From contig JABSQP010000009.1 in NCBI GenBank assembly GCA_013215815.1, positions 4,598-68,597 of the forward strand: 64,000 nt of DNA, in the 5' to 3' direction. Origin of the DNA: Alphaproteobacteria bacterium (GTDB lineage: Bacteria > Pseudomonadota > Alphaproteobacteria > Micavibrionales > Micavibrionaceae). Shown here one piece after another: positions 20,380-29,724 of the stretch; within the stretch, counting starts at the first letter, position 1, and every line of letters begins with the position of its first letter. The translations under genes and the position numbers were made by a program. Under the pieces are notes generated by a model that did not search any database, was not told the DNA's origin, and was given only the letters and a program-made list of their open reading frames with translations.

Positions 20380-21009
20380 TCAGCGCATTGCCTGAGCTTG
20401 CCAGACATCAATTTGAACGCCACTCTCAGAGATACTTTTATCAACACGGCGGACTTGCAAACTTAACTTCACTTTACGGTTAGTAATCTGCCCATCAATC
20501 CTTGATTTAAAGCTAATAGAAACCGGCATACTGGCCTGCCATCTATAGATACCTTGATATTCAACACCTTTAGGCACATAAGGGCTTTGTTCGAAGAACA
20601 AACCAGCTTTATACGTTCCGCTTTGTATTGCCTTCACAATGCCTGCCGTTTCCAAATAGTTTTTATACTGCTCGTATCCATTTGTGGTAAAATAAGAACG
20701 CACACTCTTTATAACGCGATCATAGTCTTGACCCGAAAAGGTCAAAGCCTCAGAAACCGTAACACTGAGCCAATTTTGTATTTCTTTGTTATTTACATGC
20801 GGCTTCGATAAAGGCGCATCACTTTGCAAATTTAAAATGGCGTTACTCTGTACAGGCCTTACGTTCTGCTCAAAAGGTGCCACATCTGAACGCATCGGAG
20901 GATTCAAGAGCTCCGTCATATACGCATAGTAAATAACACCAATAAAAGCGAAGAAGGCTATAAGGAAAGCAAATCGATAAACAAACTTTTGATACCAAAA
21001 CATAATCAT
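20380..21009 (-). CDS. DotI/IcmL family type IVB secretion protein
   Basis: N-terminal TM, then I.NW....SEALTF...DY......RSYFT..GY.QY...L and W....P motifs of the IcmL/DotI family. Confidence 0.8.
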   Translation of the reverse strand: MIMFWYQKFVYRFAFLIAFFAFIGVIYYAYMTELLNPPMRSDVAPFEQNVRPVQSNAILNLQSDAPLSKPHVNNKEIQNWLSVTVSEALTFSGQDYDRVIKSVRSYFTTNGYEQYKNYLETAGIVKAIQSGTYKAGLFFEQSPYVPKGVEYQGIYRWQASMPVSISFKSRIDGQITNRKVKLSLQVRRVDKSISESGVQIDVWQAQAMR

Positions 21010-21012
21010 AGC

Positions 21013-21630
21013 TTATTGTACCTTGCTGCTCTTATTAGGAAAGAAGGATTTTATCTTGCCTGCGAACTTACCAATTTTCATGACATCATTAATACGACGC
21101 TCTAAAAATGCGCAAGTATCATTCATGTCCGTCGATTCATCATTAAACCAATAGAGTGTCGTCGATGTAATAACTCCAGAAAGCAACGCTCGCTTCGTAT
21201 AATGGTTATAATCCTTAGAGGTATCTCCAGCCCATTCCCAAATATGATCAGCTGTGCGCCATACAATTTTTCCACCCTCTACCTTAAGAAGTGGCCTTGC
21301 CCAATAACCCGCAGATGCCTGAACACAGTCTCTATAAGGGATGAGAGCTCTTAAACGTAGTTCAACAGCTTTAGCTACACGGTCACGAACGCGTAAATCA
21401 TCTGGATTATACTCTTTTAAGGCCTCAAGCATTTGGCGGTCTGCCCAATCAGAAAAGTGGGCCAGTGCATCCGTTAACTTTTCTGGAAAAACGGCATCAG
21501 CCATTTCCGGTTTATGACCAGATTTTTCCGCCGCAGCGCGAATGCCATCCCACGCCCATCCATCGAATGGAACATCTTCCAATGCGGCCAAAATAATCTG
21601 ATCTTGAATATCGAGAGTCGCTTCATCCAT
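21013..21630 (-). CDS. COQ9 family ubiquinone biosynthesis protein
   Basis: VPFDGW, D.IW..AGD.S.DYN.YTKR..L, T.AFL.RRI. Confidence 0.92.
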   Translation of the reverse strand: MDEATLDIQDQIILAALEDVPFDGWAWDGIRAAAEKSGHKPEMADAVFPEKLTDALAHFSDWADRQMLEALKEYNPDDLRVRDRVAKAVELRLRALIPYRDCVQASAGYWARPLLKVEGGKIVWRTADHIWEWAGDTSKDYNHYTKRALLSGVITSTTLYWFNDESTDMNDTCAFLERRINDVMKIGKFAGKIKSFFPNKSSKVQ

Positions 21631-21724
21631 CTCCTATTTATGCCCGATTACAGGCCATTTGTATAGTGTACTTTCAGTAACGAAAACGCTGGAATTTTAT
21701 AGTTTTTTCAGTCATTCTTAGCGC

Positions 21725-23068
21725 ATGGAAAAACGCGATGAAGAACAAAGCACACTAGGGGGCCGTTTGGCCAGATATGGTAAGGTCTCAGGTGCTATGG
21801 CTGGCCTTGCTGCTAAACTTGTTGGTGAGAAATATCTCGGCATAGACATCAAAAAAGATGAACATGCGCAAGAGCTCATGATGGCTTTGGGCAATCTTAA
21901 AGGCCCGTTGATGAAAGTGGGACAAATCCTAGCGACTATCCCGGAAGCCCTCCCAAGTGAGTACGCACAAACATTCCAGCAACTTCAATCAAATGCCCCA
22001 CCTATGGGATGGCCTTTTGTGCGCCGCCGTATGAAAGCGGAGCTTGGCACTGACTGGCAATCAAAATTTGCGAACTTTGAGAAAGAAGCTGCTGCAGCTG
22101 CGTCTCTCGGCCAAGTCCACAAAGCAACAACACATGACGGGCAGGCCATCGCGTGTAAATTGCAATATCCTGATATGCACAGCGCTATTGAAGCAGACCT
22201 AAGGCAGCTCAAACTGATTTTCTCACTCTATGAGCGCTACGATAAAGCCATTCAGACAGAAAACATTCACGCTGAACTCGCTGCGCGTCTGAAAGAAGAG
22301 CTCGATTATAAGTTAGAGGCAAAATATACAAGCCTCTATGCACATATGCTGGATAATGAACTAAATGTTCACGTACCTGGCATTATTGATGAGCTATCGA
22401 CCGATCGACTCATCAGTAGTACGTGGTTAGACGGCAATAAAATTCTAGATTACAAAGATGCGCCGGCAGAGCAGCGCAATACAATTGCCATGAACCTTTT
22501 CCGCGCATGGTATGTGCCGTTTTATTATTACGGCATTATTCATGGCGACCCACATTTGGGGAATTATTCGGTTCGTAAAGATGATCTCTCGATTAACCTA
22601 CTCGACTTTGGATGCGTTCGTATCTTTCCGCCGGAGTTTGTTGGCGGCGTTATCGATCTTTATAAAGCACTCCAAGAAAATGACACTGCACGCGCCGTTC
22701 ACGCCTATGAAACTTGGGGGTTTGAAAATCTAAATAATGAACAGGTTGAAACCCTCAACATCTGGGCGCGTTTCCTTTACGGCCCTATTCTAGAAGACAA
22801 AGTTCGTCCGATCGGTGAAGTCACAAACGGCATTTATGGACGTGAAATTGCCGAACAAGTGCATAAAAAACTCCGTGAAGTTGGTGGCGTAAAAGTGCCA
22901 CGTGAATTCGTCTTTATGGATCGCGCCGCCCTTGGCCTTGGATCCGTCTTCCTTCACCTCAAAGCTGAGATAAACTGGTATCAGGTATTTAATGAACTGA
23001 TTGATGGATTTGATTTAGCCGTGCTTGAGAAGAAGCAGTCAGAAATACTTTCGAATTTCTCTCTCTAA
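21725..23068 (+). CDS. UbiB/ABC1 (COQ8-like) atypical kinase
   Basis: KxGQ (MKVGQ), alanine-rich loop AAAASLGQVH, KLQYP, EELDY, HGDPHLGN, LLDFG. Confidence 0.93.
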   Translation: MEKRDEEQSTLGGRLARYGKVSGAMAGLAAKLVGEKYLGIDIKKDEHAQELMMALGNLKGPLMKVGQILATIPEALPSEYAQTFQQLQSNAPPMGWPFVRRRMKAELGTDWQSKFANFEKEAAAAASLGQVHKATTHDGQAIACKLQYPDMHSAIEADLRQLKLIFSLYERYDKAIQTENIHAELAARLKEELDYKLEAKYTSLYAHMLDNELNVHVPGIIDELSTDRLISSTWLDGNKILDYKDAPAEQRNTIAMNLFRAWYVPFYYYGIIHGDPHLGNYSVRKDDLSINLLDFGCVRIFPPEFVGGVIDLYKALQENDTARAVHAYETWGFENLNNEQVETLNIWARFLYGPILEDKVRPIGEVTNGIYGREIAEQVHKKLREVGGVKVPREFVFMDRAALGLGSVFLHLKAEINWYQVFNELIDGFDLAVLEKKQSEILSNFSL

Positions 23069-23071
23069 AAT

Positions 23072-23101
23072 AAAAAAGGGCACTTGATAAGAAGTGCCCT
23101 T
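23072..23101 (-). terminator. Rho-independent terminator, possibly bidirectional
   Basis: AAGGGCACTT/AAGTGCCCTT 10-bp stem; the U-tract is on the minus strand. Confidence 0.75.
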
Positions 23102-23121
23102 GTGTTGAACAAAAACGTCCT

Positions 23122-23214
23122 CTACGAAAACCATTTTAGGATATTAAATCCTAGGTTCAGGCAAAGTTTATTGTTACTTGCCCAACTGGCTTCGAGTCGA
23201 ATAGTTAAAGACAT
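23122..23214 (-). CDS. Unannotated 30-aa small ORF MSLTIRLEASWASNNKLCLNLGFNILKWFS
   Basis: SD AGGGGAG 7 nt before the ATG; lies between a consensus promoter and a terminator. Confidence 0.4.
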   Translation of the reverse strand: MSLTIRLEASWASNNKLCLNLGFNILKWFS

Positions 23215-23335
23215 TGCTTTACTCCCCTACTCACTTGCATGAGACTCTTGATGTAGTCACTACATGCGCTAAGCCAGAATTAGGGGTTTGAGTTTTATCA
23301 CTAAGATCCCTTAACTCTGTGACTATTTCTTAAAT

Positions 23336-23377
23336 CAATATATTGTTATAATTAACTAATGTCAATACTATATATTG
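23336..23377 (-). promoter_or_regulatory. Sigma70 promoter overlapped by tandem NrdR-like boxes
   Basis: TTGACA (23365-23360), 17-nt spacer, TATATT (23342-23337); box cores CAATATATTG (23336-23345) and CTATATATTG (23368-23377), 32 bp apart. Confidence 0.65.
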
Positions 23378-23393
23378 TGCATTTGGTGATAAA

Positions 23394-23470
23394 TGGCGCG
23401 CCCGGGAGGATTTGAACCCCCGGCCTTTGGCTCCGGAAACCAACGCTCTATCCAACTGAGCTACGGGCGC
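23394..23470 (-). tRNA. tRNA-Arg (anticodon CCG)
   Basis: GCGCCCGTAGCTCAGTTGGATAGAGC...TTGGT-TTCCGGA-GCCAA...GGTTCAAATCC...CGGGCGCGCCA. Confidence 0.97.
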
Positions 23471-23588
23471 ATTAGTAGCTTTGTATAGCAAAAACCGTTA
23501 ATTTCAAAGCCATACAGACAAAGTTTCTGAATTCCCTCATATTACGGTATAATAAACATATAAGGCGGTTAAATAGGGGAAAATAATC

Positions 23589-24602
23589 ATGTGCGCGACA
23601 GATATAAAAACAGGATCAATGCGCAATCCTGTTTTCGACAGTTTTTTTATCTTTCTTCCTCTTGCTGTAGCTATTGTTTGTGCCATCTTTCTAAAAAACG
23701 ATCCAACTCAAACCTATCTGGCTATTGCAGGTGTATTTTGGATTGCCAGTAATACACACGCTTTTATGACCTACGTCAAAGCAATGTGGGATCAACCTAG
23801 TAGAAAAAAATATATGCCTTTTTTCACATGGATCCCCCTACTCATTTTTATATCGTGTGTGTCTATATGGTCTCTAGCAGGTGGTGCAGCGCTTGTGAGC
23901 ATATATTATTACACTCAGCTTTTTCATTATGTGAGGCAAAGTTACGGTCTAGGCGGCATCTATAGGAAATGCTCGAACGACACAACGCCAAGCTGGCTTC
24001 ATCAAAGCATCATTTACATGTTTCCTTTCTGGGCATTACTCCTATCCATGCATCATGGGTTTTCATTTTTTAAGTTCGAAGTATACAGCTTCAGCATAGG
24101 CATACCTTTGATTACTATCTTTGGCCTAGCAACAAGCATGGTTGTTCTTATTTGGTTAGGGCATCAAATTAAAAACGTAATCCAGCGCACATTTTCAATG
24201 TGGTACTTCTTATATGTAATCACTCATTTTATCGTTTTTTACATTGGTTTAATCTACTTCGAAGATAAAACACAAGGTTGGGCATGCATGGCATTCTGGC
24301 ATGGAATACAATATGTTTTATTTGTCTGGAATCACTTCGAACGTATTTCTGGCAAAGATGCAGAAGGTAAAATAACATTATTTAAGCCAGTCGCAAAAAA
24401 TGTTGTTTTGTTCACTCTAGTATGTGGCATAACCTCTAGCGGCACAATATATCTAATCAAAATCTTACTATCTGGCGCCTTTATATGGGCCGTTCCAGTC
24501 TTTTTTACATTTACGCTCATGCTTAATTTTAATCACTACCTACTTGATGCCATTATCTGGCGTAGGCCCAAGCAAAAAGAAAAAGTAGCGAAACAAACCT
24601 AA
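23589..24602 (+). CDS. Hypothetical polytopic membrane protein with His motifs
   Basis: About 9-10 TMs; NTHAF.T, FHYVRQSYG, WHGIQY, NHYLLDAIIW. Confidence 0.75.
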   Translation: MCATDIKTGSMRNPVFDSFFIFLPLAVAIVCAIFLKNDPTQTYLAIAGVFWIASNTHAFMTYVKAMWDQPSRKKYMPFFTWIPLLIFISCVSIWSLAGGAALVSIYYYTQLFHYVRQSYGLGGIYRKCSNDTTPSWLHQSIIYMFPFWALLLSMHHGFSFFKFEVYSFSIGIPLITIFGLATSMVVLIWLGHQIKNVIQRTFSMWYFLYVITHFIVFYIGLIYFEDKTQGWACMAFWHGIQYVLFVWNHFERISGKDAEGKITLFKPVAKNVVLFTLVCGITSSGTIYLIKILLSGAFIWAVPVFFTFTLMLNFNHYLLDAIIWRRPKQKEKVAKQT

Positions 24603-24640
24603 TCATTCCGCTACTCAGCAATTAAATATCTAATCAAGTT

Positions 24641-25084
24641 CTATGCAGCTTGCTGCTTGTTATCCTGACAACCCGCCGTGATCTGTTGCTGCGTTTGACC
24701 AACATTTGGACGGCTGACAGATTGTGCCAAATCACCCATAGAAACAACGCCAACAAGACGCTTATCACGATTGACGACAGGAAGACGGCGCACTTGAATT
24801 TCACCGAGATTATTACAAACCTCTTCAATATCCTGATCGTCATAACAGTAATATGTTTTTGGCGTCATCACATCACGCGCTGTCGTGTTTTGCGGGTCTT
24901 TACCCGCAGCAATTGCGCGCACTGTAATATCACGATCTGTGACCATACCAATCAGGCGATCATTTTCACCAACCGGCACAAAGCCAATATCTTTAGCTTG
25001 CATCACTTGGGCGACTTTTGAAACAAGCGAGTCTGGTGCAACCCACTCACAATCTGGAGTCATTACATCTTTAATCTGGGTCAT
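24641..25084 (-). CDS. CBS domain protein
   Basis: KDVMT, LIGMVTDRDI, QVRRLPVV...LVGVVSMGDL. Confidence 0.95.
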   Translation of the reverse strand: MTQIKDVMTPDCEWVAPDSLVSKVAQVMQAKDIGFVPVGENDRLIGMVTDRDITVRAIAAGKDPQNTTARDVMTPKTYYCYDDQDIEEVCNNLGEIQVRRLPVVNRDKRLVGVVSMGDLAQSVSRPNVGQTQQQITAGCQDNKQQAA

Positions 25085-25169
25085 AGTATTCCCCTTTCAG
25101 CTATATGTTGAATGGGGGTACTAAACCACAAAAACCGCAGAATTTCAATGTTTTGCCTAATTTAGGCGT

Positions 25170-26102
25170 TTACGCAGCGCGCGTAAGTTGTAAAAAGACA
25201 TCTTCTAAATCACTCTCATCCGTTGAAATATCACAGATTTCAAGCTTTGCCTTTTGCAGAATATCAATAATCTCACCAACACATTGATCCTGCGGAGAAT
25301 AACGCATTACAAGTGTACGGCGCCCTTCTTTTGCTGCATTAAATTTCTCTAGGCCATTGGGAACGTCAACGATTTCATCCGCCAAACGAAAACGTATTTC
25401 TTTGTTATCAATACGCGCGAGTAGTGTTTCTTTTTCTTCGTTCGCAACGATCTCTCCATGATTAATAATCGCGATACGATCACATAATTCTTCTGCTTCT
25501 TCTAAATAGTGCGTTGTTAAAACAATCGTAACACCTTCGTCATTGAGACGACGCACATTCTCCCAAAGCATCTGACGAAGCTCTACATCGACACCTGCTG
25601 TTGGTTCATCCAAAACCAAAATTGGCGGAGAATGTGCAAGCGCTTTAGCAACCATCAAGCGGCGTTTCATACCGCCAGATAATGCACGTGAATATGAATC
25701 CCCCTTATCCGCAAGCTCCACCATTTTAAGAAGCTCTTCAGTGCGACGTTCATTCTTTGGCACACCATAAAGGCCCGCTTGAATATCGAGAAGCTGGCGC
25801 GGTGTAAAGAAAGGGTCAAAATTAATCTCTTGCGGAACAATACCAATTGCCGCTTTTGCATTACGCGGCTTTTCATCAATGTCTAAATCCCAGATTTTAA
25901 CGCCGCCTGATGTCTTTAAAACAAGCCCCGCCAAAATATTAATCGTTGTCGATTTTCCTGCACCATTCGGCCCTAACAGACCAAAGATAGAGCCTTTAGG
26001 AATATTCAAGTCAATATCCTTTAGCGCCACTTTTGCTTCGGCTTTTTTACCGGCAGCTTTGTAAGTTTTATTTAGTTTTGAAATCTCAATCGCGTTTTGC
26101 AT
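25170..26102 (-). CDS. ABC transporter ATP-binding protein (ABC-2/YadG type)
   Basis: GPNGAGKST, LSGGMKRR, LDEPTAGVD, TTHY. Confidence 0.95.
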   Translation of the reverse strand: MQNAIEISKLNKTYKAAGKKAEAKVALKDIDLNIPKGSIFGLLGPNGAGKSTTINILAGLVLKTSGGVKIWDLDIDEKPRNAKAAIGIVPQEINFDPFFTPRQLLDIQAGLYGVPKNERRTEELLKMVELADKGDSYSRALSGGMKRRLMVAKALAHSPPILVLDEPTAGVDVELRQMLWENVRRLNDEGVTIVLTTHYLEEAEELCDRIAIINHGEIVANEEKETLLARIDNKEIRFRLADEIVDVPNGLEKFNAAKEGRRTLVMRYSPQDQCVGEIIDILQKAKLEICDISTDESDLEDVFLQLTRAA

Positions 26103-27064
26103 TAAGCGGCTTTCATTTGGCTTTCATAGGTTGCATTGTCCCCTAGATAAGCCTTTAAACCACCCTCCGTCAACCACTCTTGTGCTGCTTTATTACCCTT
26201 CAGGTAAGCGTCCCAATAAGCTAGTGATGTGATCTTAATAATTGCCTCATGCGTTTTACGATTAGAGGTGTGCCCTAGTTTTCCTCGCGAACCTGCAAAT
26301 ACCATATGATCCCCATCTTTAAGAACCAGTAAATGCTTTTCGGTACTTGTGTTCTCATAGACAGTCAAACGCATTTCATATCCCAAATCAGAAAGCGGTG
26401 ATCCATCTTCTGTACCCGTCATATGAAAGAGAGGAATACTAATGCTTGGGTAAACCTCCTTTGGATCCATATCTCCTAAATGCTCAATTGAACCAGGACT
26501 ATAGAGAATGCCCGCTTTAAAACGCGGCTCTTTCAAATCAAGTAAGTTCCCTTTCGCATCAGGAAAGCGCATCCCTGCCATCACTTGCGTGGTTAAAGCA
26601 CCAAAAGAATGTCCCGACATCCCAAGCGTCGATAAATCAGCATGTAAGCCGACTTCTGGATTTTCTTCCATCCATCGTGGCAGCTGATTAAGAACAAAGG
26701 GTATATCGGCATAACGATTTAACGTTGTCTCGCGTGTAATGTGCGTTGCACGTATAACATCCCACGGATGCCCAGGCTTACCTTCCCAAATACTGCTATC
26801 TGTGCCCAGATGCTGCACATGCACCATGACATAGCCATGCGCTGCGACAAAGCGGGATAAAAAAGCCGCACCATCAGCGCTTCCCCCCAAGCCATGCGAC
26901 CATACAATCACTGGTAGGTTCGTCATTGTGTGGTTTACAGGGTAATAGGCCTTAATTTTAACAGGACGGTTACCGCGCGCTTCATCAATAAGCTCATCGC
27001 GCGCAATCATGACCTTATGTGGTTCATGATCGGGATCAAGACCTTCTGCCCAAAACATTGTCAT
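26102..27064 (-). CDS. Alpha/beta hydrolase
   Basis: SHGLGG, nucleophile GHSFG, TGTED, GDH (Ser-Asp-His triad). Confidence 0.9.
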   Translation of the reverse strand: MTMFWAEGLDPDHEPHKVMIARDELIDEARGNRPVKIKAYYPVNHTMTNLPVIVWSHGLGGSADGAAFLSRFVAAHGYVMVHVQHLGTDSSIWEGKPGHPWDVIRATHITRETTLNRYADIPFVLNQLPRWMEENPEVGLHADLSTLGMSGHSFGALTTQVMAGMRFPDAKGNLLDLKEPRFKAGILYSPGSIEHLGDMDPKEVYPSISIPLFHMTGTEDGSPLSDLGYEMRLTVYENTSTEKHLLVLKDGDHMVFAGSRGKLGHTSNRKTHEAIIKITSLAYWDAYLKGNKAAQEWLTEGGLKAYLGDNATYESQMKAA

Positions 27065-27073
27065 TGGAAATGC

Positions 27074-27574
27074 TTACTTCTTACGGAATTGGTCGAGAGA
27101 AACCACTTCGCCTTTTTTACCATCGTCAGAAGAAGAGCCTGCGCTCTCATCATCTGTACCTGTCGGATCATCATCCGGTTCAAAATCAGGATCTACACTT
27201 TCTTCTAACGGTTGGAACTGAAGCGCAAAGTTGACCGAAGGGTCAGCAAAGATCGTAATTGCTGCTAATGGAATTTCTAATTTCTCTGGTACATTGTTGA
27301 ATGACAACGTCACTTGCATTTTCTCATCATCAACATACAAATCATAAAATTGAAACTGTAAAACGATAGTCATTTCCCCCGGGTAACGTTCCTTTAAATA
27401 TTCAGGAATGTTTACACCCGGAAAATCCGTCATAAATGTAATATAGAAGTGATGGTCGCCAGGAAGACCGTCTTCCATAACCTCTTCTATGGCATGACGA
27501 ACAACACCGCGTAATGCTTGTTCAACCATCTTATCGTAGCGTAGAATATCTTCGTCTTCTGTGATGTCGTTCAT
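27074..27574 (-). CDS. sspB: ClpXP adaptor SspB, alphaproteobacterial type
   Basis: GLPGDHHFYITF.T, YP.EMTIVLQ.QF, FADPSV.F.LQF, C-terminal VVSLDQFRKK; close to ssrA. Confidence 0.95.
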   Translation of the reverse strand: MNDITEDEDILRYDKMVEQALRGVVRHAIEEVMEDGLPGDHHFYITFMTDFPGVNIPEYLKERYPGEMTIVLQFQFYDLYVDDEKMQVTLSFNNVPEKLEIPLAAITIFADPSVNFALQFQPLEESVDPDFEPDDDPTGTDDESAGSSSDDGKKGEVVSLDQFRKK

Positions 27575-27730
27575 AATTAGCCCGTTTTGAAAATTTTCTT
27601 TTCGTATGAATAGTTTAGAGAGCCGCGGAAAGCGGCGCAAGACATTTATAGGAATCGCATATTCGCGCAGCGAAAGCCAATAGAATAAATACCATAACGC
27701 CGAGTTTCTGTGGACAAGTGAAAGAGCGCC

Positions 27731-29689
27731 CTAATTCGTAATCATAGGATTTTCACTCAGGTCTGCTGCTGTCGCTCCAAAACGTCTTCTAGCGCCCTGC
27801 GCACGCTCTATCGCTTCTGTATGCTTCTCAAATTGCCCCGCCCTCAAATAGGCTAACGCAATCTTTTCATAGTAATCGATAACCGTTGATTTACGGTAAT
27901 GATAACGATACCCCTCTTCCAAAATTGCTAACGCACTCTCTTTGTCACCGCGCGCCATCAAAATATCAGCGACGGCCATACGGGCACCAAGATGTAGAAC
28001 GCTCAGCTTTAAGGCATCACGGTAGTATTCTTCTGACGTCTTAAAGTTCTCCGGAAGAAATCTGACCGGTGCTAATTGCCTTAAATTTCCTTTGTAATAC
28101 GCAACAGCAGCCGAGCGTGGATTAACCGATCCTGCGTTATTCAAATAGTAAACTGCCTGATCAACAACGTCCTTCAGACGCTCCTCATCCATTTGATCTT
28201 TAGCATGCTCTAATAAAGACAATGGAACCGTTACGCCCAAAAGATGGGTCCTATAGTTGGAATATTGACTAAAACGATGAGATAATTGAAGGCTTTTAGA
28301 AAACCCATCAAGATCCCCCGCAATAAGCTCTTTACGGGCTTTGTCGACTAAGTGTTCACTTACTAAATACGGCAAAAATAGCCCTGCGAGCATAAGGAAA
28401 GGCATACAAATCAACACCAGGCCAGACGAATTATTAACTTTTTCTGGCATGAGCACCTCTTTACGGCTTTTGCCGAGTATTTTCTCACTTGCCAAATACC
28501 ACACCGCCAATAAAAAGCCACACCCGTAGAGAATAGACAGATTATAAAAATTAAATGTTACATGCGCGTGCATCGTAACTGCACCCAGTGCAAAAAAAGG
28601 AATAATCAACAAGGCTCTATCGTGCCCATCAATCGGGGCCGCTTTATAGGCTTTAACCGTTCTAATCAAAACCGCAATCAATAATGCATAGAATAAAACA
28701 GGCCCTAAAACGCCCATCTCAACCCAAAATTGGAGTGGATCGCTATGCGCGTGATAAACCCCTTTGACCTCTTCCGGAATACGGTATTCGTTATAATAAA
28801 GAAAGAACATCCCCATACCGATACCAAAGAGCCAATTATCTTTTAGAATAGCAAGCGCACCTTCCCAAATGTTAAAGCGGTTATTACTAATATCCGGCTT
28901 TTCCAAAGTCACAGTTTCAACAGTACGCGTTATAATACGCGCGGTTTCTACATCGCCTAAAGTACTAGAAAAAAACAAAGCAATAGAACCAACAACAATA
29001 GTTATCAGGTAACGCCCATGGTTAAAAAACTCTGTCTTTAAACATATGGCCAAAACAGGAAGACACAGGGCAAGTGAGAAAAAAGCACCTCTGCTGCTTG
29101 TCGCAATCAATCCACCAAAATATAAAATAGCCATAGCTGTTGCTATCCATTTTTCGGAAACGCTTTTAGCGACAATAACCCAACCTATCGCAGACAAAAT
29201 AGCAAGGTTTAATAGAGCGCCAAGAGAATTTGAATTTGCAAGCGGATGATGTGCCGCGCCTCTATTCTCAACGTTAAAAAAGAAAAATTGGATGAGTGCC
29301 CAAACAGAAAGAACGGCGAAAATAACAGCTAGCACATAGCCTATCATCGCTATCATGCTTTTATGATCATCTCTAAGGGTAAACAAATAAAAACTAAGCG
29401 GCATCACGCTAAAAAAACAAAATGCCATTAAGCTTACTTGGATAACATCGGAAACAAACAGACTGCAAAAGGTTAAAAGCCAAAATGCTGCCATAAACCG
29501 ATGCGCCCAACTTTGAGGCACTTGCCACCCTTGCTTCAAACCTTTTTGTAGCAGAGCGATACTCCATAAAAAAACAAGAGCGACTGAGGCACCAAACAAT
29601 TCCAACTGCCAAGCATTGTTAAAATACAAGGCGCATATAAAAGCCGATAACCACAACAAAACAGGAAGAGAAAATAAAGTTCGAGTCAT
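27731..29689 (-). CDS. O-antigen ligase / O-oligosaccharyltransferase family protein with C-terminal TPR-like domain
   Basis: About 12 TMs; NSNSLG, TSSRG, R..IW...FGIG.G.F, HAHSD.LQ..VE.G; helical C-terminal extension. Confidence 0.85.
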   Translation of the reverse strand: MTRTLFSLPVLLWLSAFICALYFNNAWQLELFGASVALVFLWSIALLQKGLKQGWQVPQSWAHRFMAAFWLLTFCSLFVSDVIQVSLMAFCFFSVMPLSFYLFTLRDDHKSMIAMIGYVLAVIFAVLSVWALIQFFFFNVENRGAAHHPLANSNSLGALLNLAILSAIGWVIVAKSVSEKWIATAMAILYFGGLIATSSRGAFFSLALCLPVLAICLKTEFFNHGRYLITIVVGSIALFFSSTLGDVETARIITRTVETVTLEKPDISNNRFNIWEGALAILKDNWLFGIGMGMFFLYYNEYRIPEEVKGVYHAHSDPLQFWVEMGVLGPVLFYALLIAVLIRTVKAYKAAPIDGHDRALLIIPFFALGAVTMHAHVTFNFYNLSILYGCGFLLAVWYLASEKILGKSRKEVLMPEKVNNSSGLVLICMPFLMLAGLFLPYLVSEHLVDKARKELIAGDLDGFSKSLQLSHRFSQYSNYRTHLLGVTVPLSLLEHAKDQMDEERLKDVVDQAVYYLNNAGSVNPRSAAVAYYKGNLRQLAPVRFLPENFKTSEEYYRDALKLSVLHLGARMAVADILMARGDKESALAILEEGYRYHYRKSTVIDYYEKIALAYLRAGQFEKHTEAIERAQGARRRFGATAADLSENPMITN

Positions 29690-29724
29690 GAACTGACTGT
29701 AGCGGAATTAAAGAAAAGTAACAT

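Noticed and set aside
19933..20466. 177-aa plus-strand ORF
   Set aside because: Antisense to gapR
25170..26102. ABC ATPase without an adjacent permease as a novel system
   Set aside because: Split YadG/YadH-type pairs are common in alphaproteobacteria
27575..27640. N-terminal extension of SspB in the ORF track
   Set aside because: Family similarity begins near MNDITE; similar over-extended starts were trimmed for mrp, ilvB, gapR, EVE and the amidotransferase
27709..27717. DnaA-box-like TGTGGACAA, possible origin
   Set aside because: Single mismatched box with no cluster or unwinding element
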